NCBI GenBank assembly: GCA_963665615.2
Contig: CAXXQE010000008.1
Coordinates: 434,001 to 498,000, forward strand
DNA length: 64,000 nucleotides
Direction of reading: 5' to 3'
Source of the DNA: Syntrophales bacterium
Lineage (GTDB): Bacteria > Desulfobacterota > Syntrophia > Syntrophales > UBA4778
Numbering within the stretch: the stretch's first letter is position 1; the number at the start of each line of letters is the position of its first letter. The translations under genes and the position numbers were made by a program. Of this stretch, positions 48,497 through 58,424 are shown piece after piece. Below the pieces are notes generated by a model. The model saw nothing but the letters and a program-made list of their open reading frames with translations. It did no database searches and was not told the DNA's origin.

Positions 48497-49378
48497 TCAC
48501 TCCTTTTTCTGTTTGGAAGCCGCCGGTTTGAGGGGGGCGGAGACGGACCTGCAGGATCTGCCGTAGCCCCAAAGCCCCAAACCGCAAAGCATCATGATGA
48601 CGCAGAGGACTTGTCCCATAGAGAAAGGGCCCAGGACGAAGCCCAGCTGGACATCGGGTTCGCGGTAAAACTCGATAAAGAAGCGGACGAAACCGTATCC
48701 GATAATATACAGTGAAACGAAAAAACCGTCGAAATATTTTTTGCGCCGCAGCGTCCACAGCAAGGTGAAAAGAACGATGCCTTCGAAGAAGGCCTCATAG
48801 AGTTGCGAGGGATGTCGCAATTGGTGCGTCGAATCCATCGGGAAATACATCCCCCAGGGCGCGGCGGTGGCGCGGCCGAAGAGCTCTCCGTTCAAAAAAT
48901 TGCCAAGCCGGCCAAAGGTGTAGCCCAGCGGGACGACCGGGGCGATCAGGTCGCCTAGGCGCAAGACCGATAGACGGTGGCGCCGGCAGAAGAGCAGGGC
49001 GGCGAGGATGACGCCCGCGGCGCCGCCATGATAGGACATGCCGCTGATCCCCACATAGCGGATGCCGTTCGTAAACTCGAAGGGCAGCAGGATTTCCAGC
49101 GGGTGATGCAGATAATACGAGAAGTTGTAGAACAGAACGTAGCCCAGCCGTCCGCCGAGAATCAGACCGAAGATGGCCCAAAAGAGGAAATCCTGGATGG
49201 CCTCGGCAGTGTATGGAAAATCCTCGCGCTTGATCCGATAGAGGATCAACGCATAAGAGAGTCCAAAGGCCAGCAGGTACATCAGGCTGTAATAGCGGAG
49301 TTGAAAGCTGCCGAAGGCAAAAAGGCTCGAGTCGATGTGCGCGGGGAGCTGCTGCCACCAGGCTGTGAGGGCGTCCAT
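48497..49378 (-). CDS. lgt: Prolipoprotein diacylglyceryl transferase
   Basis: GGRLGYVLFY, GMSYHGG, GRLGNFLNGELFGR, HPSQLYE, RFFIEFYR. Confidence 0.96.
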   Translation of the reverse strand: MDALTAWWQQLPAHIDSSLFAFGSFQLRYYSLMYLLAFGLSYALILYRIKREDFPYTAEAIQDFLFWAIFGLILGGRLGYVLFYNFSYYLHHPLEILLPFEFTNGIRYVGISGMSYHGGAAGVILAALLFCRRHRLSVLRLGDLIAPVVPLGYTFGRLGNFLNGELFGRATAAPWGMYFPMDSTHQLRHPSQLYEAFFEGIVLFTLLWTLRRKKYFDGFFVSLYIIGYGFVRFFIEFYREPDVQLGFVLGPFSMGQVLCVIMMLCGLGLWGYGRSCRSVSAPLKPAASKQKKE

Positions 49379-50344
49379 TACCGCGATCCTCCTTCTCCGA
49401 GCGTCTCCAGATAGGCCTCTGCGGTAAAGGCGGCAACGGCGCCGTCTCCGCAGGCGGTGACGACCTGCCGCAGCTCCTTGTGGCAGCAATCGCCGCAGGC
49501 GAAGAGTCCCCGGGCGTAGGTTGCCATGGAGGGACTGACGAGGATGTAGCCGTTGTCGTCCATCGTCACGACATCGCGCAGAAAGTCGGTGTTCGGCGTC
49601 AGCCCGATGAGGATGAACACCCCATCGACGGCAAGTGCAGACGTTTTCGCCGGGTCTTTGACATTCCTGAGCTGGAGGGTCGTGAGGCGCTCAGAGCCTG
49701 TGATGCTTTCGGGAATCGTGTCCCAGAGGATCTCGATTTTTTCGTTGGTCTGGGCGCGTTTCTGCAGGAGGCCGCAGGCGCGGAGTTTGTCGCGGCGGTG
49801 AATGAGCGTCACCTTCCGGGCGAACTTCGTCAGGTAGAGGGCCTCGCCGACGGCGGTATCGCCGCCGCCGATCACGGCGATGTCCTTGTTACGGTAAAAG
49901 GGGGCGTCGCAGGTGGCGCAGTAGGAGACCCCCTTGCCCACGAATTCAGCCTCCCCGGGAATGCCCATTTTTTTCCAGGAGGCGCCGGTGGCAATGATAC
50001 AGGCCTTTGCGAGATAGCTGGCATCGGCGGTGTGAATCTCCCAGGTATAGTTCTCGCCTTCCGCGATAGGGGTGAGGCGGGGTGACATCGCCGTAAACGG
50101 TCTTCAGACCGAATTTAAGCGCCTGATTTCTGAAATGGTCGTTCAGTTCAAAGCCGGAAATCCCTTCCGGAAAGCCTGGATAGTTTTCCACGTGGTCGGC
50201 ATAGGCGATCTGGCTCATGGTCGCCGTTCCCTCGATCAGCAAAACGTCCAGGTCCGAGCGCGCCGCGTACATCCCGGCCGTGAAGCCTGCCGGGCCTCCG
50301 CCGACGATGACAATGTCGTGTATGTCAGCGTGTGTTTGATCCAT
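49378..50344 (-). pseudogene. trxB: Thioredoxin reductase, frameshifted at 50079-50082 (probably a sequence error)
   Basis: GGGPAG and VENYPGF in the 5' ORF; ATGA, SYCATCD, GGGDTA, IHRRD and RQVVTA in the 3' ORF; removing one base from the G4 run joins them. Confidence 0.88.
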
Positions 50345-50362
50345 CGTGTAGTTGTCCTCCCA

Positions 50363-51118
50363 TTAAACGATTCGAGCCCGATTGCCGAAATACCGGGCGA
50401 TTTCTTCAAGATGTTCCGTGGAAACCCGCTTGGCGTAAGACTCTGCGGGAAAGCGGTCCACGGTGTTGAGGTGGATGAGGTCGGGACGAATCCGGTCGGC
50501 CCAGGTTTTCAAATCGGCGAGGTCCTGTTCGCTGGTGTTCATGCCGTCGACAAAGAGGATCTCCAGCCAGTAGGTTCCCGTGTATTCGTCCCTGAAGCGG
50601 ACCAGGCCATCGGCCATTTCCTCAAAGCCAATGGTCGGGTGTGGCCGATTGACCGCGGTAAAGCCCGCGGCGTTGCCGGCATCGAGCGACGGCATAACGA
50701 GGTCGGCCAGAACGGCGGCCGCGCGAATCTCCGGGCGGGACAGCAGCGAGCCGTTGGTGAGCAGGACCACGGGAATATCGGTCAGGGCCTTCATGCCGGT
50801 GATGAGCTCACAGAGGTGCCTATACAACGTGGGCTCTCCCGATCCGGCGATGGTGAGGTGATCCGGGCGGGGGATAGCCGCCAGGCGCTCCCGTACCTCG
50901 TCGAGGATCTCCGACAGGGGGATGTCCTCTGTAATAGCGTTGGTGGTCTGGTGGGTCGTGCCGAGTTCGCAGTAGACGCAGTCGTAGTTGCACGTCTTGA
51001 AGGGCAGACAGTCAATCCCCAGGGAGGCGCCGAGGCGCCGGGATCGGACGGGACCAAAGACGCGGGCCGGGTGTTTGATCCGCTCGCAGGCCTTGAAGAG
51101 ATTCTTGTCGCCGGTCAT
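50363..51118 (-). CDS. Radical SAM protein (COG0731/TYW1-related family)
   Basis: FGPVRSRRLGASLGID, CNYDCVYC, GSGEPTL, LTNGSL. Confidence 0.85.
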   Translation of the reverse strand: MTGDKNLFKACERIKHPARVFGPVRSRRLGASLGIDCLPFKTCNYDCVYCELGTTHQTTNAITEDIPLSEILDEVRERLAAIPRPDHLTIAGSGEPTLYRHLCELITGMKALTDIPVVLLTNGSLLSRPEIRAAAVLADLVMPSLDAGNAAGFTAVNRPHPTIGFEEMADGLVRFRDEYTGTYWLEILFVDGMNTSEQDLADLKTWADRIRPDLIHLNTVDRFPAESYAKRVSTEHLEEIARYFGNRARIV

Positions 51119-51663
51119 GACGGGTCTTGCGTCCTTCCTGCCCGTGAGGCGATCCTGCTGCCTTTGAGAAACAGCCGTTCGATCAAGGCCGCGATTGCCT
51201 CGGTCTCTTCCTGCCGGAAGTTCGGAACGGCGGTATCCAGGGGCTGCTGGGTGACGAGGGCGATCAGGTTGTCCCCATCGGTACAGAGTCGATCCGCGTG
51301 AAGCTCGGGCCGGTAGACCTCGATCTTGGGATAGGGGTTGCCCTTGAAGCCTTCGAGCAGGACAATATCGACATCGCGTACATAGCGACGGACCAGGTCG
51401 GTGATCCCCAGATCCCGGTCGGTGTCTTCGATAAGCGCCGTGCGACCTGGGGACGCTACCACCGTGAGTTGCGCGCCCGCGTGTTTGTGGCGCCAGCTGT
51501 CTTTTCCCTCATGGTCGATATCGAAACCATGACGGTTGTGCTTGATCGTGGCGACGCGATACCCGAGCAGGCGCAGTTCAGGGATAAGCCGTTCGATGAG
51601 AGTGGTCTTCCCCGAATTGGAGCGTCCGACGATCGAGATGACGGGAATTTTTTTTTGCTTCAT
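51115..51663 (-). CDS. mobB: Molybdopterin-guanine dinucleotide biosynthesis protein B
   Basis: GRSNSGKTTL, GKDSWRH..AGA, EGFK, PKIEV. Confidence 0.93.
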   Translation of the reverse strand: MKQKKIPVISIVGRSNSGKTTLIERLIPELRLLGYRVATIKHNRHGFDIDHEGKDSWRHKHAGAQLTVVASPGRTALIEDTDRDLGITDLVRRYVRDVDIVLLEGFKGNPYPKIEVYRPELHADRLCTDGDNLIALVTQQPLDTAVPNFRQEETEAIAALIERLFLKGSRIASRAGRTQDPS

Positions 51664-51818
51664 AAAACAAATTATGAGCCTTTTCAGCTGCCTACTAATG
51701 TCCTTTATTCGCTATGGGTTATATAGTAACATGCCGCAAGATTAAAGGGGAAATATTGCTGAGCGATGAACGGTTTTGCGAACAGCTCTGGCAACGATCG
51801 ATCATATGAGGGTTCCAC

Positions 51819-52991
51819 ATGAAACAGGCCGTCGTTAGCCAGGACGCGACCGAAAAACTGAAGCGTTCGTTCCCTTGGGTTTACGACAGTGAACTGCTGA
51901 GGACGCCCAGGAAAACGGCGCCGGGGGAGATCGTTCAGGTGGTTTCCCCTGCGGGAGAATTTCTCGGGATCGGCTACATCAATCTCCTTAGCCGGATCTC
52001 GATTAGGATTTTGTCGTTCCGGGATCGGCCGATCGACCGTTCCTTCCTTGCCGAACGGATGGAGGCGGCAAAGCGGTTGCGTGCGCCCCTGCGCGAGCGG
52101 ACCAACGCCTGTCGCGTCATTCACGCGGAGGCGGATCTCCTCCCTGGACTGGTCGTTGACGACTACGGTGGCCATCTGTCCCTGCAGATCAATACCGCCG
52201 GCATGGAGGCCCTGCGCGGGGACATCCTCGAGGTGCTGCAGGAGGTTTTTAAGCCGCACGGGATCTACGATAAATCTGACGCAGTCGTTCGAGAAAAGGA
52301 AGGCCTGACAACAGAGACAGGGGTACTCACCGGCGATATCCCCGAAGCGATTCGAATCGACGAAGATAATGCCCGTTTTTTGGTTCGTCTCCGGGAAAGC
52401 CAGAAAACGGGGTTTTACCTGGATCAGCGCCGAAATCGCGCCACGGTTGCGCAGTATGTCAGCCCCGGAGACCGGTTTCTCGATGTTTTCTCCAATGCCG
52501 GGGGATTCGGTATCCATGCGGCTTTGCGCGGAGCAGGCGCCGTTCGTCTGGTCGACGTGTCTCAATCGGCGCTCGGTGCCGCCGCGGAAAACGTCGACCT
52601 CAATGGGCTGACGGATGTGCAGGGAATTAAAGCAGATGCCTTTGATTACCTCACGGCCGCTATCGGGCGCGCGGAGCGCTATGATGTGATCGTGCTCGAC
52701 CCGCCGTCTTTTACCAAGACGGTTCAGGGACGACGCGGCGCGTTGAAGGGGTTTACGAGACTGATGGCGTCTAGTTTGAATCTACTGCAACCGCAGGGTT
52801 ATATCGCCGTCTTTTCCTGTTCCTTCCACGTAACGATGGAGGATCTCAAGGATGTGGCGCAGGCCTGCGCCCTTGATGCGAATGTCGCGCTTCGCGTCGT
52901 GGAGCATCTCTTTCAGGATTCGGACCATCCATATCTACTTCATATCCCGCAGAGCCTCTATCTCAAGGGGCTGCTCTTTCAGGTCATTTAG
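51819..52991 (+). CDS. Class I SAM-dependent rRNA methyltransferase (RlmI-like)
   Basis: PWVY, EADLLPGLVVD, QKTGFYLDQR, LDPPSF, FSCS, YLKG. Confidence 0.9.
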   Translation: MKQAVVSQDATEKLKRSFPWVYDSELLRTPRKTAPGEIVQVVSPAGEFLGIGYINLLSRISIRILSFRDRPIDRSFLAERMEAAKRLRAPLRERTNACRVIHAEADLLPGLVVDDYGGHLSLQINTAGMEALRGDILEVLQEVFKPHGIYDKSDAVVREKEGLTTETGVLTGDIPEAIRIDEDNARFLVRLRESQKTGFYLDQRRNRATVAQYVSPGDRFLDVFSNAGGFGIHAALRGAGAVRLVDVSQSALGAAAENVDLNGLTDVQGIKADAFDYLTAAIGRAERYDVIVLDPPSFTKTVQGRRGALKGFTRLMASSLNLLQPQGYIAVFSCSFHVTMEDLKDVAQACALDANVALRVVEHLFQDSDHPYLLHIPQSLYLKGLLFQVI

Positions 52992-53117
52992 AGAACGAAT
53001 GCAGATTCTGGTTGTATTTATTGGGGAAGGGGGCTATTCTCCAGTGCCGAAAAACGATGACTCAAAGCACTGCAATTGTAGACCATCCGCGTTGAAGGCT
53101 TTATGGAAGGCGAAGAG

Positions 53118-54608
53118 ATGACCAAAAAAAATTTTTTCAGGATCTGGTTTATATTTCTTGTCAGTATCTTTTTGATTTCGGTCGTCGGCGTGCTGCATCT
53201 GTCTTTGGCAGCCAACCGTCAAAGCGGCAAACCTCCGGCGCCGCGCCCCCCGCAGCAGCTTGCAATGTCCACCAAGCAGGGGGCTTTTATGCTGCCTTCT
53301 TTTGCGGATCTCGCTGAGCGCACCAAACCGGCCGTCGTCAACATCAGCACGACTCAAACAATCCATCCGGGCAGTCGTCAATATGGCGGCAGTCCTTTCG
53401 GTGAAGAATTTTTCGATCGTTTCTTCGGGGGCGAAGATTTTTTCAAACGTTATTTCGGAGATGGGTCGCAGCGCGAATACAAGCAGCGAAGCTTAGGCTC
53501 TGGCTTTCTGATTACCCGAGACGGTTACATCTTTACCAATAATCATGTGATCGAGAAGGCCGACAAGATCAAGGTCAAATTGTCGAACGGCAAGGAATAC
53601 GATGCCAAGGTCATTGGCAAGGATCCAAAAACCGATCTGGCGCTGATCAAGATCAAAGCGTCGGCAAATTTGCCAACGGTCGAGTTTGCGGATTCCGATC
53701 ACCTGCGCGTCGGCGACTGGGTCATGGCCATCGGCAATCCCTTTGGCCTTGAACAGACTGTCACCGTGGGGATCGTCAGCGCCAAGGGGCGCGTGATCGG
53801 TTCTGGCCCCTATGACAATTTTATCCAAACCGACGCTTCTATTAATCCCGGAAACAGCGGCGGTCCTCTTTTTAACATGGAAGGGAAAGTCGTAGGAATC
53901 AACACGGCAATCGTGGCGCAGGGGCAGGGAATCGGCTTTGCCATTCCGATCAACATGGCAAAGGAAATTCTCAATGATCTCAGGAAGAAAGGCAAGGTCA
54001 CGCGCGGCTGGCTCGGTATTTCCGTTCAGGATATCACGGAAGACATCGCAGAGAACCTCAAAATCAAGGATCGCGAGGGCGCGCTGGTCGGGGATGTGAT
54101 GAAAGGAGATCCGGCCGACCGTGCTGGAATAAAAACTGGTGATATTATTACAGAAATTGACGGAAGGCACATTAAGGATACACACGAGCTTCTGAGAATC
54201 GTCGCATCGATACCGGTGGGCAAAAAGGTGTCGATCCGGGCGTTGCGTGATGGGAAACCTCTGCTCTTCCAACTCATGATTGCCGAGCGTAACGATCAGA
54301 AGGAGCTGGCATCGACAACGACAAAGGATAATGAGTATTTTGGAATGGCGGTTCAGGATATTACCCCGCAACTGGCGGAAGCGCTGGGATTGGCTGAAAG
54401 GAGCGGCATTGTAGTAGTCGCGATCAAGGAAGGCGGTCCGGCAGAGGAGGGCGGCATTCAAGTGCAGGACGTCATTCTTCAGGTCAACAAGGTCAAGGTC
54501 TCCAATGTCAAGGAGTACACACGCGAGATCTCCAGGAAGACCGATACGGTGCTGTTGCTGGTCAAGCGCGGCAGATCCACCTACTGGATTGTATTGAGAA
54601 AAGAGTAA
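53118..54608 (+). CDS. DegP/DegQ (Do) serine protease with two PDZ domains
   Basis: LGSGF, TNNHV, DLAL, QTDASINPGNSGGPL, RGWLG. Confidence 0.96.
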   Translation: MTKKNFFRIWFIFLVSIFLISVVGVLHLSLAANRQSGKPPAPRPPQQLAMSTKQGAFMLPSFADLAERTKPAVVNISTTQTIHPGSRQYGGSPFGEEFFDRFFGGEDFFKRYFGDGSQREYKQRSLGSGFLITRDGYIFTNNHVIEKADKIKVKLSNGKEYDAKVIGKDPKTDLALIKIKASANLPTVEFADSDHLRVGDWVMAIGNPFGLEQTVTVGIVSAKGRVIGSGPYDNFIQTDASINPGNSGGPLFNMEGKVVGINTAIVAQGQGIGFAIPINMAKEILNDLRKKGKVTRGWLGISVQDITEDIAENLKIKDREGALVGDVMKGDPADRAGIKTGDIITEIDGRHIKDTHELLRIVASIPVGKKVSIRALRDGKPLLFQLMIAERNDQKELASTTTKDNEYFGMAVQDITPQLAEALGLAERSGIVVVAIKEGGPAEEGGIQVQDVILQVNKVKVSNVKEYTREISRKTDTVLLLVKRGRSTYWIVLRKE

Positions 54609-54655
54609 TCGCGCTCGTCAGGGATCCCCGGCTATTTGATTTGGTGAACATAAGC

Positions 54656-54690
54656 AAGGCACGGTAACCGCAAAGGGCCGTGCCTTTTTT
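54656..54690 (+). terminator. Rho-independent terminator
   Basis: AAGGCACGG/CCGTGCCTT stem plus T tract. Confidence 0.7.
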
Positions 54691-54698
54691 GCGAGACA

Positions 54699-55379
54699 GT
54701 GATGCGACGGAATCTTGCGCCAAAGCTTAAGCAACTGTATGACATTCTTGACGAGTATTTCGGGGATCTCCACTGGTGGCCGGGCGACTCTCAACTCGAG
54801 ATCATCGTCGGTGCAATTCTGACCCAGAGCACGAACTGGTCAAATGTCGTCAAGGCGATCGAGAATCTAAGAGAGGCGGGGCTCCTGTCTGTCGATGCGC
54901 TGGTCAAACTCCCAGAAGCTGATCTGGCGGAGTGGATCCGGCCGTGTGGGTATTACAACATCAAGGCCCGTCGGTTGAAAAACTTTCTGACATATCTGTC
55001 TGAGGTCTATCAGGGAAGCCTTCATCGTCTTTTTGCCGGAGACAGCGGCAAAATCAGACAAAGGCTGCTGTCAGTCAACGGTATCGGAGAAGAAACGGCG
55101 GACAGCATCCTTCTCTATGCCGCAGATCGTCCGGTTTTTGTTGTGGATGCCTATACGAAACGGCTGCTGTTCCGACATGGTTTGATCGAGGCGGATGCAA
55201 GTTATCAGGACGTGCAGGCACTTTTTATGGATCACCTTCCGGCTTCCGTTCCAATGTTCAACCAGTTTCATGCCCTCATCGTCGAGACAGGGAAGCGCTT
55301 CTGCCGCAAGATGCCGTTGTGTCAGGGCTGTCCCTTGCATGGCATTGCCGGTTTACGAATGACGGCTGCCAACGGCTAA
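54699..55379 (+). CDS. Endonuclease III-related HhH-GPD protein
   Basis: HWWP, GAILTQ, GIGEETADSILLY, VVDAYT, C-terminal Cys cluster. Confidence 0.9.
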   Translation: MMRRNLAPKLKQLYDILDEYFGDLHWWPGDSQLEIIVGAILTQSTNWSNVVKAIENLREAGLLSVDALVKLPEADLAEWIRPCGYYNIKARRLKNFLTYLSEVYQGSLHRLFAGDSGKIRQRLLSVNGIGEETADSILLYAADRPVFVVDAYTKRLLFRHGLIEADASYQDVQALFMDHLPASVPMFNQFHALIVETGKRFCRKMPLCQGCPLHGIAGLRMTAANG

Positions 55380-55528
55380 CATCCCCCGTTTTCCGTCCCA
55401 GTGGACGGAAAAATGAAAGGAGATGATCCCCTTGGCGCTGATTTATGTACCGGCGGATTTTGTAACCCGCTTAAAAGTAACATGTTTTTTTGGATAACAG
55501 CGAATAGCTAACGGTCAATGGCCAAGAA

Positions 55529-55544
55529 TGTTTCACGTGAAACA
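55529..55544. promoter_or_regulatory. parS centromere-like site
   Basis: Perfect consensus palindrome TGTTTCACGTGAAACA, intergenic. Confidence 0.9.
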
Positions 55545-55548
55545 TCCC

Positions 55549-56313
55549 TTAGGGGGTGAGCGGTTTTATTTCGAAGAGTTTCGGCCAGTACTTTCCGGTG
55601 ACCAGCAGGGTGCGATGAGAGGGCATCCAGGCGATTCCGTTTAAAACCTCCGCGCGGCCCGCCCCCCCGAGCTGCTTGCGCAATCCGCCCAGATCGAGCC
55701 AGCCTGTTACCGCTCCGGTCTGCGGGGATATTCGCGCAATCAGATCCACGCCCCAGATATTTGCATAGATAGCACCCTCGACGTACTCCAGCTCGTTCAG
55801 CCGACCGACCGGCTGTCCGTCGTCGGTCACGCAAACACGCTTCAGGACCCTGAACGTCTTCGCATCCAGGAAACGCAACGTCGGCGTCCCGTCGCTCATG
55901 ATCCAGGACTCGCCATCGTGCGTGATTCCCCAGCCTTCCCCCGAATAGGTGAATTCGGACAGCAGGTGAAAAGATCCCTTCTCGTAAACAAAGCCCTTTC
56001 CCGATTGCCACGTCAACTGCACGATGCGTTGGCCCTCTACGGCAATACCCTCCCCGAAATAGGCCGGTTCCAGACGACGGATAGCAAGGATCTTCCCAGT
56101 AGCCAGCTCTACCCGTCTCAGGGACGAGACGCCCTGGATGCCGGTTCCTTCATAAAGGGTTTTTCCGTCCATGACGAGGCCCTGGGTAAAGGCACTCGGG
56201 TCGTGCGGATAGGTTTTGACGATTCTATAGGCGAGCAGCGGTGCGGACAACGCCGATGATGAGGCAATGAGAAGGATTAAGAGAAACGACAGAAGCACTA
56301 TAGCGGATTTCAT
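55549..56313 (-). CDS. Glutaminyl-peptide cyclotransferase (beta-propeller type)
   Basis: PHDPSAFTQGL, FGEG, QLTW, EGWG, LNELE, VLNGIA, TGKYWP; signal peptide. Confidence 0.93.
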   Translation of the reverse strand: MKSAIVLLSFLLILLIASSSALSAPLLAYRIVKTYPHDPSAFTQGLVMDGKTLYEGTGIQGVSSLRRVELATGKILAIRRLEPAYFGEGIAVEGQRIVQLTWQSGKGFVYEKGSFHLLSEFTYSGEGWGITHDGESWIMSDGTPTLRFLDAKTFRVLKRVCVTDDGQPVGRLNELEYVEGAIYANIWGVDLIARISPQTGAVTGWLDLGGLRKQLGGAGRAEVLNGIAWMPSHRTLLVTGKYWPKLFEIKPLTP

Positions 56314-56325
56314 GAAGAAATCCCC

Positions 56326-57684
56326 CTAAACCGAAAGGACTTCGGACAACGTCGGATGCGCCAAAACCCACTGTTTGAGGTCGCGCCGGCGTAAACCACT
56401 TGAAAGGGCCAGGCTCATGGGCGCGATGAGTTCGGCGGCCTGTTCTCCCACGATCGTTGCGCCGATCATCAGGTCGTTATGAAAGAGAATCTTGGCGAAA
56501 CCGGTGCTGCACAACTCGATCCGGGCAAAAATATTCGCGCCGAGACCAGATTGCACGACCTCTACGGCGATCCCACGCTCCGTTGCCTCGCGTTCCGTCA
56601 GTCCCACTCTAGCTACATTGGGATGGCTGTAAGTAACAGCGGGAACGGTGGTATCCGAATGCCTGAGGGCGGTGTCTCCGAAGAGGTTCTCGGCCGCGAC
56701 CATCCCCTGGTGTTGCGCACGATGGGCCAGAAGCACGCCCCCCGAGACATCGCCCACAGCGTATATGTTTGGAATATTGGTTTGTCCGCGGTCGTCCGTG
56801 AGGATTCCCTTGGCGGCATAGGCGATGCCGAGGACCTTTAATTCCTCGTCGTGCAAAACCGGTCTTCGCCCGGTGCAGATGATCATATAGTCGGCGGTCA
56901 ACTCCACCAACTCGTTGGCACGTGCAATCTTCAGCTGTACTGCCGTCTCGTACTCGGAGACCGCATGGACTTGGGCCGCCGTGAGGATCTCCACTCCCTG
57001 GCGGGTTAGTTCGCCTTGGATCAAGCGGGACGCTTCCTCATCCTCCAGGGGGAGGATCCGGGGAAGCAACTCCACAAGGGTGACTCGGCAGCCGAGTTCG
57101 ACCAGAAATGTGGTAAATTCAACGCCGATATTGCCAGCTCCCACGATCACGACGCTTTGAGGGAGGGTTTTCATCGCCAGAAAGGACTCGGAATGGAGGA
57201 CACGGTCCGAAAACGGGATCCCGGGCAGCGGAACCGATTCCGATCCCCATGCAACCACAATATTTTTTGTCTGGAGACCCTGCGGGGCCCCGGCAGAAAT
57301 CACTTCGACTTCCGTAGGCGATAGGATACGTGCCGCCCCCTCTATCAGGGTAACCCCCGCATCTGTCAGGGATTTAGAAACGCCGAGACAGGCTGTTCGC
57401 ACCATCTGGTCCTGATGTTTTTTGATCAGGGAAAAATCAAAGGTGAGCGTGTCCCCTCCCACAATGCCCAGCCGTTTGTATTTTTTGGATTGCTGGAACG
57501 CTCCGCTGCAGGCAAGGAGGGCTTTGGTGGGGATGCAACCGACATTGGCGCAGGTCCCACCCCATCTACCTTTCTCGATGATAGCGGTTTTCGCGCCCAG
57601 AGCGGCAGCCGTTAGGGCTGCGGCATGACCACCGGGCCCCGATCCGATCACGATCAAATCATATGGCTGTTCCTGGGGGTTCAA
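56326..57684 (-). CDS. Dihydrolipoyl dehydrogenase family flavoprotein
   Basis: GSGPGG, GGTCANVGCIPTK, LAHRA, HPTLSE. Confidence 0.9.
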   Translation of the reverse strand: MNPQEQPYDLIVIGSGPGGHAAALTAAALGAKTAIIEKGRWGGTCANVGCIPTKALLACSGAFQQSKKYKRLGIVGGDTLTFDFSLIKKHQDQMVRTACLGVSKSLTDAGVTLIEGAARILSPTEVEVISAGAPQGLQTKNIVVAWGSESVPLPGIPFSDRVLHSESFLAMKTLPQSVVIVGAGNIGVEFTTFLVELGCRVTLVELLPRILPLEDEEASRLIQGELTRQGVEILTAAQVHAVSEYETAVQLKIARANELVELTADYMIICTGRRPVLHDEELKVLGIAYAAKGILTDDRGQTNIPNIYAVGDVSGGVLLAHRAQHQGMVAAENLFGDTALRHSDTTVPAVTYSHPNVARVGLTEREATERGIAVEVVQSGLGANIFARIELCSTGFAKILFHNDLMIGATIVGEQAAELIAPMSLALSSGLRRRDLKQWVLAHPTLSEVLSV

Positions 57685-58271
57685 GTGTTTGACTCAGTCG
57701 GTTCGGGTGTTTTTTTATTGAAGATCTCTTCAAAGAAAGAACGTTTATCGCGGGGAACCATCACCGAGCCCGGATAATCCACGATCAGCTTGCCGTCGAG
57801 GTGGTCGATTTCATGCTGAACGATACGGGCGACAAAACCAGTATAGCGTTTAGTGATCTTTTTGCCGCTGGCATCGCAAGCGCGAACCTTGATCTCCGTC
57901 GGTCTGCTGATCTCCACATTGATTTCCGGACAGGACAGGCAGCCCTCGGCCATGACCTCTTCCGGGCCGCGCGCCTGTGTTACACGAGGATTGATAAGAA
58001 TTTCGCAGTCTTGTGGACTTCCCTTGCGGCTGCCTTCCTCAAAACCCTTGACCTTGAAGACAATCGCGCGTTTGCAGACACCGATCTGAGGGGCCGCAAG
58101 CCCCACCGCATCGTCGCGTTCCAGGAAGGCCGCAAGCAGCCCTTCGATCAATTGCCGGTCCGCTTCACACAATGGCGTAGCGATCTCTTTCGATATGGTG
58201 CGGAGGAGTTTGGTCTCCTCCTCGTTGACTTGTCCGTCTGTCCACAGCGTCCAGATTTTTGTTTTGGGCAT
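57681..58271 (-). CDS. def: Peptide deformylase
   Basis: GLAAPQIG, EGCLS, QHEIDHL. Confidence 0.93.
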   Translation of the reverse strand: MPKTKIWTLWTDGQVNEEETKLLRTISKEIATPLCEADRQLIEGLLAAFLERDDAVGLAAPQIGVCKRAIVFKVKGFEEGSRKGSPQDCEILINPRVTQARGPEEVMAEGCLSCPEINVEISRPTEIKVRACDASGKKITKRYTGFVARIVQHEIDHLDGKLIVDYPGSVMVPRDKRSFFEEIFNKKTPEPTESNT

Positions 58272-58424
58272 GAAACTACATCCTGTATAAATTTTACTTA
58301 GTTGTATCACCTCCCCTGCCTTTTTTCAAGGACTTGCGGCCATCCGCCCGTTGATAATTGCCGCAAGGTCTGCTAAAAAAGGCAGGAGTCGCCACGGCTG
58401 TTCCGGCGCAGTCCAATCAGGGGG

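Noticed and set aside
47009..48715. 568-aa plus-strand ORF
   Set aside because: Antisense shadow of cutA, the CoA-disulfide reductase and lgt; no motifs of its own.
50072..51301. 409-aa plus-strand ORF
   Set aside because: Antisense to trxB, the radical SAM gene and mobB.
55489..55497. DnaA-box-like 9-mer near parS
   Set aside because: Single copy with one mismatch; not an origin cluster.
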